DNA of 64,000 nt from contig DASZRW010000111.1 in assembly GCA_035549015.1 (NCBI GenBank), forward strand, positions 4,609 to 68,608, in the 5' to 3' direction. The position numbers were made by a program, and so were the translations under genes. The stretch is from Candidatus Kapaibacterium sp. (GTDB lineage Bacteria > Bacteroidota > Ignavibacteria > OLB7). Below the pieces are notes generated by a model. The model ran no database searches, had not been told where the DNA came from, and saw nothing but the letters and a program-made list of their open reading frames with translations. Of this stretch, positions 17,991-27,402 are shown one piece after another (within the stretch, counting starts at the first letter, position 1; every line of letters starts with the position of its first letter).

Positions 17991-18620
17991 GGGAGTACCG
18001 GTTCCGGTCTGCGCAGTGATACCGGAGGTGTTGCCGTAGGCGACGCCGTCGATAATGGCGCCGACGATTTCATCGTAGCCGTTCGGATGGCTGCGCCTGC
18101 GAATGACGCCGATCCCTTCCGCCCATTCGTCCGACGAAGACCAGTCCAGGCCGACTGCGCCACCGCTGTAGTAGACAACCTCCGTGGAGCGAACGGATCT
18201 GCCCAAGATGCCGGGATGATAGATGGCGTTGATCTGCGCATACGTTGGCACATCGAGGGTGATCGTGTCCACCACCCACCAATCGCCGGAGTCGGCGGTG
18301 GCTGTGAACCATCGTTTGAATGTCTGCCATCGCGGGTTTGAACGTTGATCGAACAAGCAATTCGTATCGACCCGGTACCAGAATTGTTCTCCAGCGGATG
18401 AAGTTATACAAAGCCAATATTCACCATCTGCACCGATGGAATCACGCACCACGGTCTCATTGCAGCCGCTCTTGAAGCGTGTGGAGGCATAGAACCAGGT
18501 ATCGCCCGGACGCAGGCCGTAGTCGCAGGGCCAGCCGTGAGGCTGAGCAGTTGAGGTGCCCGAAGCGGCTATCACAATCGCGGTCGCCTGGAGAAGGAAA
18601 TGACCGTTGCAATACTTCAT
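17991..18620 (-). CDS. secreted hypothetical protein, 3' end unresolved (possible truncated gene)
   Basis: Signal peptide MKYCNGHFLLQATAIVIAASGTSTAQ followed by about 185 aa of Trp/Tyr/Asp-rich, globular-looking sequence ending ...IVGAIIDGVAYGNTSG. The frame has no stop until 17094, so it runs antisense through the PNP gene. Only the first ~210 codons look like coding sequence. Confidence 0.45.
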
Positions 18621-18992
18621 GCGAAGGCTCCGAACGAAAAACGATGATACGGCGACGGGCGATTCAATCCGCTGCTCATGTTCTACGCATCACCAACCAG
18701 GTATGCCGCCGTCATCGGGCGGGAACCGTGCCGGGCAGACGTTCCAGCCCGCACACTTATCATCGCCTCCCGCACAACTGTTACCGCGTGGCATCAGATA
18801 ATCATTCATGATTTCAGCCCGGCCAACCGGGCGATATGTTGGGGGTGATCGCGAAGGCTGGAACGCCGATGCATTCTGCCGCGATCGCATCATGCGCCGT
18901 TGTCCGTGCGCCCCTCCGGCATAGTGAAATGGTCCAGCAGGCGGAGCGGCGGCGATCATGATCAACCATTATCATCCAAACGGAATACTTCC

Positions 18993-19793
18993 ATGACAAA
19001 ACGAATCTCTGCCATGCTATTCGGCACGGTTCTCTGCTGTTCGATCGCGGGGTTCATCGCCTGCAACGAACAGGAGAGCACGCCGAGTTCTCCAAAGGCC
19101 GGCCCGGTATCGGGTGGCAGCAAGGGCGGCCATGTGCTTGCCGGTAATTGCGTGGACTTCTCCGGGAGCACCATCTGTGCGCTCGGCAGGGGAGACGTCA
19201 GGCTTGGCGCCGACAATGTCACCGTCTCCAACATGGTTTCCGACGATGGAAGCGATGGTGCATCGAGCAGCTTCAGCGATGCAACGCAATGGACGCAGAA
19301 CGGGCAATTGCATGTGAACGCAGCGGGCAACAACCGGATCACGTTCTCCGCAGTGACGGGCGGCGAGACCGTCAGTACGTTCGCGCTGAGCCAGCAGGGT
19401 GCCACGACGCACTTCGACCTCACCCCGCACTTCACGGGCGCGCTCAACAACGCATCGTCATACGACATCGCGATCTACAACCATGGCGAGCTGGTTGCCA
19501 CCGAAGAGGATGTGCCGGATGGCTCCAACGCAATGATCGTCTTCAACAGCGTGCAGGATCTGCTCATGGCTCCGGCATGGTTGCTGAAGTTCTACAACAT
19601 CTGCAAGTGGCAGCTCATCTTCGATAGCGCCATGCCCGTTCATACGCCGGGCGGGCACGATGTGACCGGCGATCAGATCGACATCACCGAGCACTCGCAT
19701 CTCGGCCATTACGCATACAACTACTTCCAGAGTGTGAACGAGCAGGGGAACGCGAGCTCCTATGTCATCACCAGGGAATCGACCAGCCGATGA
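18993..19793 (+). CDS. putative lipoprotein (unknown function)
   Basis: Trimmed to ATG 18993. MTKRISAMLFGTVLCCSIAGFIAC has a lipobox-like cleavage site. Ser/Gly linker, then a beta-rich body. Confidence 0.7.
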   Translation: MTKRISAMLFGTVLCCSIAGFIACNEQESTPSSPKAGPVSGGSKGGHVLAGNCVDFSGSTICALGRGDVRLGADNVTVSNMVSDDGSDGASSSFSDATQWTQNGQLHVNAAGNNRITFSAVTGGETVSTFALSQQGATTHFDLTPHFTGALNNASSYDIAIYNHGELVATEEDVPDGSNAMIVFNSVQDLLMAPAWLLKFYNICKWQLIFDSAMPVHTPGGHDVTGDQIDITEHSHLGHYAYNYFQSVNEQGNASSYVITRESTSR

Positions 19794-19962
19794 CGGAGCA
19801 TCCGGATGTCATGTTGAAATAACGTGATCGCTCTCCCGACGGCGGAGCCTGCGCGACATTCGTTCGCCGGCCTCGCCGTCGGGATCGCACTCCGCACTCC
19901 ATCGGCAGCGAGAATTCATCCGCGGCGCGGACACCAACCAGAACATCAGTCGGAAAGGGACT

Positions 19963-21423
19963 ATGATGAAGCACGCTTCGACCTTTGTGTATGGTACCAT
20001 TGTGGTTCTGTTGACCGGCACCGTTGCGCTCTACTCGGCACGGCGCTCCGCCGGCAATGCGCGATTGCTGATACTGCCGGCAGGCGTTGCACCGGCATCG
20101 GCGGAGGCGGGGGAGCAGAACGGGGGTGGCGCCGGAACGGTTGCCAACGAGAGCCGCCATGCATTCGGCCGGGCGCCGATGAACCTGGCGGAGTTCGATG
20201 CGCGCTGGCCCATCTTTCGTTCGGGCAAACTGCTGTTCGACAGAAACTGGGGGCTTGCAACGCACGATGCCGCGGGCGGCCCGCCCGGCCCGACACCTCT
20301 CGGGCCGGTCTATGATGCGGTATCATGCGCCGGATGCCACGTTCGCGACGGGCGCGGCCACCCTCCCTCATCAGCCGACGAGATTCCCGAGACGATGGTT
20401 GTTCGCCTCAGTGTGATGACCGCGCACGGATCGGTGCCTCATCCGGTATACGGCCGCCAGCTTGGCTACTATCGCACCGACGGGAAGCCCGGGGAAGGAA
20501 CGGTGAGTGTGTCGTACGTGGAGGTGAGCGGCGAATTCGCAGACGGCACGCCGTACACGTTGACGAAGCCGGTGTACGCCTTCGACCACATGGCGTACGG
20601 ACCGATCGGGGAGCGGACGATGTACTCGCCCCGGGTTGCACAGCCGATTGCCGGGATCGGGTTGCTTGATGCGATTCCTGCAGCGGCGATTCTCGCGCAT
20701 GCCGATCCGGATGACCGGGATCACGACGGCATCTCCGGCCGTCCGAACTATGTGACTGACGAGCGCACCGGCCAGACCATGCTTGGCCGTTTTGGATGGA
20801 AGGCCAACCAGCCGACGGTGGAGCAGCAGGTTGAGAATGCCTTTCAGTTCGACATCGGCATCATGCCATCGCATCCTGCGAGCGACGGCGCGTACGGTGG
20901 CGCGGCGAAGGACGGTGGCACGGCGAAGGACGTGACGCCGGAGATTACCGACGCGGAGTTGCGGAGCGTCTCGTTCTACACGCGGCTGGCGGCCGTCCCG
21001 GCACGGCGCGGCTGCAACGACCGTACGGTGCTGCGCGGAAAGGGGATCTTCCATGCCGTCGGCTGCGCGGGCTGCCATGTGCCGTCGTACACCACCGGTG
21101 CTGTTGACGGGCTGCCGGAGCTGACGCATCAGACGATCTTCCCTTACACCGATCTCCTTCTGCACGACATGGGAGCCGAGCTTTCCGACAACCGGCCGGA
21201 CGGGCTGGCCGGCGGCGCCGAGTGGCGTACGCCGCCGCTCTGGGGGATCGGCCTCACCGCCGTAGTGAGCGGGCATACGCGGTTCCTGCACGACGGCCGG
21301 GCGCGAAATCTGGAGGAGGCAATTCTATGGCATGGCGGCGAAGGAGCCGGCGCGCGCGATCTCTACAAGCGTCTTCCTCGCGACGATCGCGCGGCGCTGA
21401 TCGCATTCCTGACGTCGCTGTAG
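19963..21423 (+). CDS. di-haem cytochrome c oxidoreductase, DUF1111 family
   Basis: 486 aa. N-terminal TM/signal, two CxxCH motifs (CAGCHVRDGRG, CAGCHVPSY) and C-terminal RFLHDGRARNLEEAILWHGGEG, typical of DUF1111. Confidence 0.85.
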   Translation: MMKHASTFVYGTIVVLLTGTVALYSARRSAGNARLLILPAGVAPASAEAGEQNGGGAGTVANESRHAFGRAPMNLAEFDARWPIFRSGKLLFDRNWGLATHDAAGGPPGPTPLGPVYDAVSCAGCHVRDGRGHPPSSADEIPETMVVRLSVMTAHGSVPHPVYGRQLGYYRTDGKPGEGTVSVSYVEVSGEFADGTPYTLTKPVYAFDHMAYGPIGERTMYSPRVAQPIAGIGLLDAIPAAAILAHADPDDRDHDGISGRPNYVTDERTGQTMLGRFGWKANQPTVEQQVENAFQFDIGIMPSHPASDGAYGGAAKDGGTAKDVTPEITDAELRSVSFYTRLAAVPARRGCNDRTVLRGKGIFHAVGCAGCHVPSYTTGAVDGLPELTHQTIFPYTDLLLHDMGAELSDNRPDGLAGGAEWRTPPLWGIGLTAVVSGHTRFLHDGRARNLEEAILWHGGEGAGARDLYKRLPRDDRAALIAFLTSL

Positions 21424-21501
21424 GCGGGCGACGGTCCGTTCCGATCGCGAGCCGCGGCAGGGGCCGGGCGTAATCGAGGTTGCGGTTCGTGAGCGGGGCC
21501 G

Positions 21502-24500
21502 TTACGCCTCCTCCCACTGCATGCTGAGCCGGCTGGCCTCGGCGCGCCGGCCAAGAAGAACCAGGATGCTCTTCAGGCGCTCCGCGATCTCCTCATCGCC
21601 CGGCATCGATTCCAGCGCATGCCGGAGCAGCTCCTCCGCGCCGCTGGTATCACCGGCGTGCTGCAACTGCGTTGCCAGCCGCAGTACCAGCGACCGGATG
21701 CGCGTCTCGAACTCCTCGCGCAATCCCTCGAACAACTCATCGTACAGGCCGGGGAAGGGGATCTCGCCGTTGGCGATGCGGAGCGCCTCGAGCAGCGCCT
21801 CGTTCGCGCGCGGAAGAAGCGCCTCGCGCATTGCCTCGTCTGCGGCATTCATTGCCGCATGTGCATCCAGCAGATCCACCTGCACGCGCACGGTATCCAA
21901 CTGCGGCTTCCCACCACGGGTATCGATGGCATCGTGGTGCAGGAGATCGCGAAGGCGATGCACGCTTACGTTGATCGTGTTCCGTGCACCGTCCGGATCG
22001 CGCTCCTCGCCTGCAGCCCATGCCTGAAACTCGCGCGGCGTCAGCGGCTTCTTCAACATGCGATCGGCCACCAGCACGCCGAGCAACGTTCTGATGCGTG
22101 CGCCTCGCGGCCGCACCACCTCGCCCCCCGATGGCTTCACTTCGATCGTTCCGAACATCGAGAGCTTCACCACCGATTCGGTCTCCCGTTCGTGCGGTTC
22201 GGCCTGCACGCGGGGACGTTCCTGGGACCACTCGCTCCATTGCGCAAGTGTCGATGTATCCACGTGCCCCGCGCCGTAGTTCAGGAGCGGCGCGATGTAC
22301 GCATACAGTCCGCGTTCGATGAACCATGTGCCGATCGATTCCACCATGGCGCCGATCTCCAGCGTTGCGGCAGTCGCGAGGTCCCATCCGCGCTCGCGCA
22401 GCGCGATGTTCGCCGCGTGGAGAACGATCAATGGATCCAGCATGTGCCGCATGCGGAGGCGCATGCGCAGGCAGCGCTCCCGTACCGCGGCCGCGGCCCG
22501 CTCCATGGTTGAGCCGGGATCAAGCACATCGGCCAGGAACGCCATGATACCGTCCTCGGCGAAGCTATCCTTCTCCAGACTTCCGGCCATTGTGAGAACG
22601 CGCTCCGCAGAGTCCTCGCTGGCAAGGAGGAGGAACAGGCCGATGATCTGCGCTCCCGCGGAGAGCGGAGTATCCGCCATGCGCACGGGGTGTTCGCCTA
22701 TCCATCGATACTCGCCGCGCAGCAACGCCGCCAGTGCCAGCTCATCGTCGCAGTTGGAGCGGAACACCTGGCGCAGGTGCGGAGGACTGTGCTGGATAAG
22801 CGCCTCCAATGCCGTGCGGACGTCGTTCAAGTCGGCGCCGGAGGCAACCTCGCCGATCATGTACAACAGCCGGCAGTTGGTCGCCATGCCGGGGAGTCCC
22901 ATCTCCTCCAGCTTGCGGGCGGCAACGAGCGTCTGCTCGCGGATCTCGCTCAGCCGCCCGATCTCCGCCATGAAGTTCACGATGTGCATGCGCGTGCCGG
23001 ACGTGATGCGATCCTCGTCCGCGATGAGCGCGGCAACCGCGCGGCGCCGCTGGTCAACCTCCTCCGGGGTCTCGAACAGCTGCAGCATGCAGCCGGCCAT
23101 GTCGTTCATGATGATCTGCCGCCGCTCGTCGTCCAGCAACACCCCTTCCCTGATCTCGTTCCAACGATTCTCCACCAGGCGCAGCGTACGAACGTCGGAG
23201 AGCCCCTCGGCGATGTAGGCCACATCGCGGAGATAGAGCACGTGGCTCCGGTGGTACCGGACGTCGCTCCATCGCTCCACGATCTGCTGCACCTCGTTCC
23301 ACGTTTCGGGCGACATCGCGCTTTCGCCTCGTGCCGGATCGCGCTGCCGGTAGACGAATGCCAGTGCATGAATTCGGTCCGCTCCCTCCGCGGGGGTGGC
23401 CGGGTTGGCGGTCAGCTCCAGGAGCTCGTTCAACTGGCGGCTGAACTGCTCGGTGAACACGTTGCGGCGTTGAAGCCGGAGCTGGCAGCCGAGCACATCG
23501 ATGCGGAGCGCGCGCGCCCCGGGATCGCCGGCCGGCGAAACCGAATCGCGCAGTATGCGCGCGCCGCACGCCGCGATGCGCTGGGCCTTGCGCCAGTCAG
23601 CCGTTGCATCGAGCATGTTTGCGATGTCCAGCGTCCTCTGAATCGCATCGGCCATCAGCTCGTTGAACGGACCGGGATCGCTGCGGCTCTCCTCCAGAAG
23701 CAGGAACGGCTGGGTGGAATAAAGCGGAAGCCCGGTGCCGATCACCCTGACGAGAAGACTCGCGTCCACATCGGCGCGATCGATGAAGTAGTGATGCAGG
23801 AGCGTGTGCGTGTAGGCGAGCAGCGGGTCCGTGCTGCGAATCCTGCCAAGCACCGCAACGGGCGTGTCCGTATGTGCGATGATGCCCTTGGTGATAAGAC
23901 GAAGAAGATCGGCCTCGTCCACGATTGCCGCCGCCGTCTCGTGAGCGAACACCTCGCCGAGCACGGCCAGCCGCTCCGCGGCGATTCGTTCCTCGGGAAG
24001 CAGGTGGGCGATCATTCCCTCGGAAAGGATCTTCATCGCAGGACCGATCATCTGTTCGATCGGAACATTGCTGCGCGGGTTGTCGCCGGGTTCGGCATCA
24101 TCGAACAGCCCGAAGCGGAGCGCGCTGCGGAGCGCCGAACGGAGTGCGAGAGGGTTGCCCGTGGTAACGGCGTGCAGTTCCAGGGCAAGCGCCGGACTCG
24201 CGATGTGCCCCATGTTTGCGATCATCGCGCGGATCTGTTCGGGGGTCAGGCCGCCCAGCGTCATGCGATGCGTGATCACATCATCCACTACCGGCGCTAT
24301 CTGAAGTTCCACCGGCCGTGCCGTGAGGATGCAGAGGATCTGTTCCTCCACGAGCCGCGAAAGGAGCCGCTGCGTCTCCGCCCTGTTCTCCGCCGCAAGC
24401 AGATGCACGTCCTCGATCACCACCAGTGTGCGACGGACGCGCGCAACGCGGCCGATCGCATGCGCAACGGCGTCGATGGTTCGATCATCCGCGATGCGTG

Positions 24501-24798
24501 CTGCCGGGAGGTTGAGCGAGAGCTGCCAGAGCGCATGAACGAGCGGCTCCACGAGCGATGTGGACGACTCCGGATAGAGCTTTACCTGTATCACGGAGCC
24601 GCGCAGCAGTGAGACACGCCGGGCGAGTTCCTCCATCAGCCTGCTCTTGCCGATTCCCGCCTCTCCGCTCAGCAACAGAGCCAGCATGCCCGGCGCATCA
24701 TCTGTGGCTCGCCACAGGTCCACCAGGTTCTGCAATTCCGAGTCCCTGCCGACAAACGGCAGTGCGGCGTTCTGTGTAACGGCGCGTAGCGTTTCCAT
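21502..24798 (-). CDS. large P-loop NTPase (AAA_16/STAND-like) regulator with C-terminal winged-helix + BTAD (SARP-type) module
   Basis: 1098 aa. Walker A SGEAGIGKSRL, Walker B LVVIEDVHLL, a long helical middle. C-terminus FGTIEVK...RIRTLLGVLV...VSVHRLRDLL...VDLLDAH...ELLRHALESMPGDEEI matches the SARP layout. Confidence 0.85.
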   Translation of the reverse strand: METLRAVTQNAALPFVGRDSELQNLVDLWRATDDAPGMLALLLSGEAGIGKSRLMEELARRVSLLRGSVIQVKLYPESSTSLVEPLVHALWQLSLNLPAARIADDRTIDAVAHAIGRVARVRRTLVVIEDVHLLAAENRAETQRLLSRLVEEQILCILTARPVELQIAPVVDDVITHRMTLGGLTPEQIRAMIANMGHIASPALALELHAVTTGNPLALRSALRSALRFGLFDDAEPGDNPRSNVPIEQMIGPAMKILSEGMIAHLLPEERIAAERLAVLGEVFAHETAAAIVDEADLLRLITKGIIAHTDTPVAVLGRIRSTDPLLAYTHTLLHHYFIDRADVDASLLVRVIGTGLPLYSTQPFLLLEESRSDPGPFNELMADAIQRTLDIANMLDATADWRKAQRIAACGARILRDSVSPAGDPGARALRIDVLGCQLRLQRRNVFTEQFSRQLNELLELTANPATPAEGADRIHALAFVYRQRDPARGESAMSPETWNEVQQIVERWSDVRYHRSHVLYLRDVAYIAEGLSDVRTLRLVENRWNEIREGVLLDDERRQIIMNDMAGCMLQLFETPEEVDQRRRAVAALIADEDRITSGTRMHIVNFMAEIGRLSEIREQTLVAARKLEEMGLPGMATNCRLLYMIGEVASGADLNDVRTALEALIQHSPPHLRQVFRSNCDDELALAALLRGEYRWIGEHPVRMADTPLSAGAQIIGLFLLLASEDSAERVLTMAGSLEKDSFAEDGIMAFLADVLDPGSTMERAAAAVRERCLRMRLRMRHMLDPLIVLHAANIALRERGWDLATAATLEIGAMVESIGTWFIERGLYAYIAPLLNYGAGHVDTSTLAQWSEWSQERPRVQAEPHERETESVVKLSMFGTIEVKPSGGEVVRPRGARIRTLLGVLVADRMLKKPLTPREFQAWAAGEERDPDGARNTINVSVHRLRDLLHHDAIDTRGGKPQLDTVRVQVDLLDAHAAMNAADEAMREALLPRANEALLEALRIANGEIPFPGLYDELFEGLREEFETRIRSLVLRLATQLQHAGDTSGAEELLRHALESMPGDEEIAERLKSILVLLGRRAEASRLSMQWEEA

Positions 24799-25444
24799 GC
24801 GACAATTGATTCGATGCTCGCCCGATTCTCGTCATGCGTTCCGGATTGGCGGCGCAGTGCGGATTCCGGATCGAATATCCGGCTTTACGGGCGAACGTCC
24901 ATGATAAAAGAGATGGAACTCCGGAGAGATGGTCAGTTGCCGGCAACGGTGCGGGTGGCGGACCGGTTATCAGCCATTGTTCCGCAACTGTAAGCACGGT
25001 AGTTCGCGACTGCAAGCGCTGGGGGACCAATCGTAAGCGCGATGCCGTACATTGTACAACGAAGATCAACGCTGCGAAGATGAACATAACCCTCGGCGGC
25101 GTTGCTTGTTACGCGTGGCGTCCCCAGCGCCAGTGCCATGCCCCCACGTCCGTTGAAACGCTAGCCATTCGGATCGATTCGCGAACCCGTTGAATGCAGG
25201 TGCGCCGCGTGCAGGTGTGCATGGTGCATCGGCCGGGAGGGAATCACCGGACGTCTGTGGGGTGATCGTACTGGAACCACAACCGGTTCATAGACACTCG
25301 GATCAACAAACCATAACGACGGCGAGGCATCGCCATGCGCTGTGCCGTGCAACGGGAAAATTCTGTCATTCCCCGTCTGCATGCATCGCGTTGGCCGTGC
25401 ATTGACCGGACACTGTATCATTGCAATTCGGGAGAGGAAAGAAA

Positions 25445-27310
25445 ATGATTGCAGGTATGCATCGCATCGTTCGCAGAACCGTGCTTCTGCTGGCGGTCAC
25501 CATTGGCTTCGCGGCTGCGGCCGGGGAGTTGCACGGGCAGGGTTTCCAGGATGTGTATGGCTCCAGTCCATGCCGTGAGGCTGGGCGTGGAGGCGTGCTG
25601 CAGCTGCCGGGCGGCGGATATATCGCCGTGGGAGAGACGTTCATCGCGCCAACCGGAGCGTGCGGCACATCCGATATCTATATCGTGCGGACGAATGCGA
25701 ACGGCACGAACTTCTGGTCCGGGACGTACAACATCGGCGGCAACGATTCGGCAACCAGCGTGATTCTCAGCGCGCTGAATCCGAACGTCATCTACGTGTG
25801 CGGCGTCACGCAGAACCTCGGCGGATCGTGCGTGGTTTCGCGCGACGGCTTCATCATGCGTGTGGATATCACAACGGGTGCGGCCGTTGCGTTTACGTTC
25901 GGTTCCAACCGCGACGAGATCTTCTATGATATCGTGGAGGCAACCGGTGGGGACAATGTCACCACGCATGCCGGCGATCTCATCGCCGTCGGCTCCACCA
26001 CGAACGCATCCGGCACCGGCCGCGACGGCTACATCGTGCGCGTCACGGCCGGGCTCGGCATCATCTGGGGCCGTCAGTACGGCGGCACGGCGAGTGCGGA
26101 TGAGTATTTCCTCGGCGTCGCGGAGGCGCCGCTCAACTCGCCGCCGAACGTGGCTCCGGATATCGTGGCGGTTGGTGCAACCAACACCACCGGCGCCGGC
26201 AACTACGATGCATTGGTTGCGCGGGTCAGCGGCCAGAACGGTCTGGACGGCGCGGCGCCACAGAACATCGCGGTGTTCGGCGCCGCGCGGAACGAGGAGG
26301 CTCGCTCCGTCCGCCAGCTCCGGGTGGGTGCATCCGCCGGCACGCTCGCGGTGGTTGGATACAGCGACTCGCGGCCGGCCCCCAATGCCGGCCTGGAGAG
26401 CTTCCTGATGCGGCTGCAGGGCGACCCCTGCGGAACACCGATCTGCGAGCGCTACTTCGGCGACAATGCCAACGGTATCGACGGCGCCCGCTGCGTGCGT
26501 GAGGTGCCTGCCGGTGCGCCGGCGGGGATGACGCCGGGCAATCTCATCGTCACCGGCACCACGGCACTCGGCGGCGGCACCGTCACCGGCAACAACGTCT
26601 ACCTCGCCGAGTTCAGCGGATGCAGCCTCGTTACCGGCACCGAGGCCTACGGCGGCAACGGTTTCGACGAGGGATGGTCCGTCAACATCGCCACGCATGC
26701 AACCAGCAGTGAGACGCCGGGCTACATCATCTGCGGATACACGCAGAGCGCATCGCTGATCGGAGCCGATCCGCAGCAGCTCTATCTGATCAAGACCCGC
26801 ACCAACAAGCTGAGCGGTTGCAATGAAGTCGCCATTCTGTTCAGCGACGCGGCCGCGCAGTTCAGCCAGCACTGCATCGACATGGTGAACACGTCGCTCA
26901 CGCCGAACTGCGGCCGTTCAACGGCGCGCGTCCTGCTGAACATCTTCAATCAGCTCTGCTTCGCTCCGATGGCGCGGCAGGGAGACGGCGGAACCAGTGA
27001 CGGCGTTGCCGGCGTGGAGTCACCCTCCACAATCAGTCTCAACGCGCATTCGGCACGCTTCTATCCGAACCCGGTTACCGCCGGGGCGCCGATGAACGTG
27101 CGGTTCGAACTGCCGGTTGCCTCGCAGGTGACGGTGACGGTAAGCGATATCCTTGGCAACACGATCTACGGCAACACGGCGGCCTATGAGGCCGGCTCCG
27201 CGCTGCACGTGATCAACACGGCCGGATGGGCCAGCGGCAGGTACATCGTCAACATCTCCGCGCCGGGCACGACGCCGTACGCCACGGTGGTCTCCGTGGT
27301 AGGACGATAA
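25445..27310 (+). CDS. secreted repeat (beta-propeller-like) protein with T9SS C-terminal sorting domain
   Basis: ATG 25445 after GGAGAGG (the track ORF starts at 25421). Signal peptide MIAGMHRIVRRTVLLLAVTIGFAAAAG. Recurring D-[GI]-[YF]-I-[VM]-R strands. C-terminus FYPNPVTAGAPMNVRFEL...GRYIVNISAPG resembles a type A T9SS CTD. Confidence 0.85.
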   Translation: MIAGMHRIVRRTVLLLAVTIGFAAAAGELHGQGFQDVYGSSPCREAGRGGVLQLPGGGYIAVGETFIAPTGACGTSDIYIVRTNANGTNFWSGTYNIGGNDSATSVILSALNPNVIYVCGVTQNLGGSCVVSRDGFIMRVDITTGAAVAFTFGSNRDEIFYDIVEATGGDNVTTHAGDLIAVGSTTNASGTGRDGYIVRVTAGLGIIWGRQYGGTASADEYFLGVAEAPLNSPPNVAPDIVAVGATNTTGAGNYDALVARVSGQNGLDGAAPQNIAVFGAARNEEARSVRQLRVGASAGTLAVVGYSDSRPAPNAGLESFLMRLQGDPCGTPICERYFGDNANGIDGARCVREVPAGAPAGMTPGNLIVTGTTALGGGTVTGNNVYLAEFSGCSLVTGTEAYGGNGFDEGWSVNIATHATSSETPGYIICGYTQSASLIGADPQQLYLIKTRTNKLSGCNEVAILFSDAAAQFSQHCIDMVNTSLTPNCGRSTARVLLNIFNQLCFAPMARQGDGGTSDGVAGVESPSTISLNAHSARFYPNPVTAGAPMNVRFELPVASQVTVTVSDILGNTIYGNTAAYEAGSALHVINTAGWASGRYIVNISAPGTTPYATVVSVVGR

Positions 27311-27337
27311 CGGGAGGCCTGCTCCCGAGCGGAGCAG

Positions 27338-27402
27338 GTGCGGACCGCCGGTGCGGACCGCCGGTGCGGACCGTCGGCGCGGACCGCCGGCGCGGACCGC
27401 CG
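27338..27402. repeat. 13-bp tandem repeat x5 (G[TC]GCGGACCG[CT]CG)
   Basis: Units at 27338, 27351, 27364, 27377 and 27390, plus a partial sixth. Starts at the 3' arm of an 8-bp hairpin (27318-27338) that follows the T9SS gene stop. Confidence 0.9.

Noticed and set aside
22690-24612. A 640-aa plus-strand ORF, with similar cases at 30431-32908 (825 aa), 25418-26872, 42479-44092, 44210-45787, 34908-36005, 37521-39146 and 53890-55755.
   Set aside because: All lie antisense or off-frame within genes that have strong motif support. Their compositions are Arg/His/Gly-heavy and they lack motifs. They are GC-driven stop-codon-free frames.
24933-25139. A 68-aa minus-strand ORF in the regulator-1/T9SS spacer (MALALGTPRVTSNAAEGYVHLRSVDLRCTMYGIALTIGPP...). 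I considered a small peptide or bacteriocin-like precursor.
   Set aside because: It has no SD. Third-position G+C, hand-counted at about 58 percent, looks clearly lower than in the rpoB codons I inspected by eye. I recognised no motif and found no paralog in the window. I cannot support it without conservation or Ribo-seq data.
27338-27402. Whether any of the short tandem repeats (3235, 27338, 40249, 53718, 61572) is a CRISPR array.
   Set aside because: The units are directly adjacent or only 2 nt apart with no unique spacers, are 13-20 bp long, and no cas genes are present in the window.
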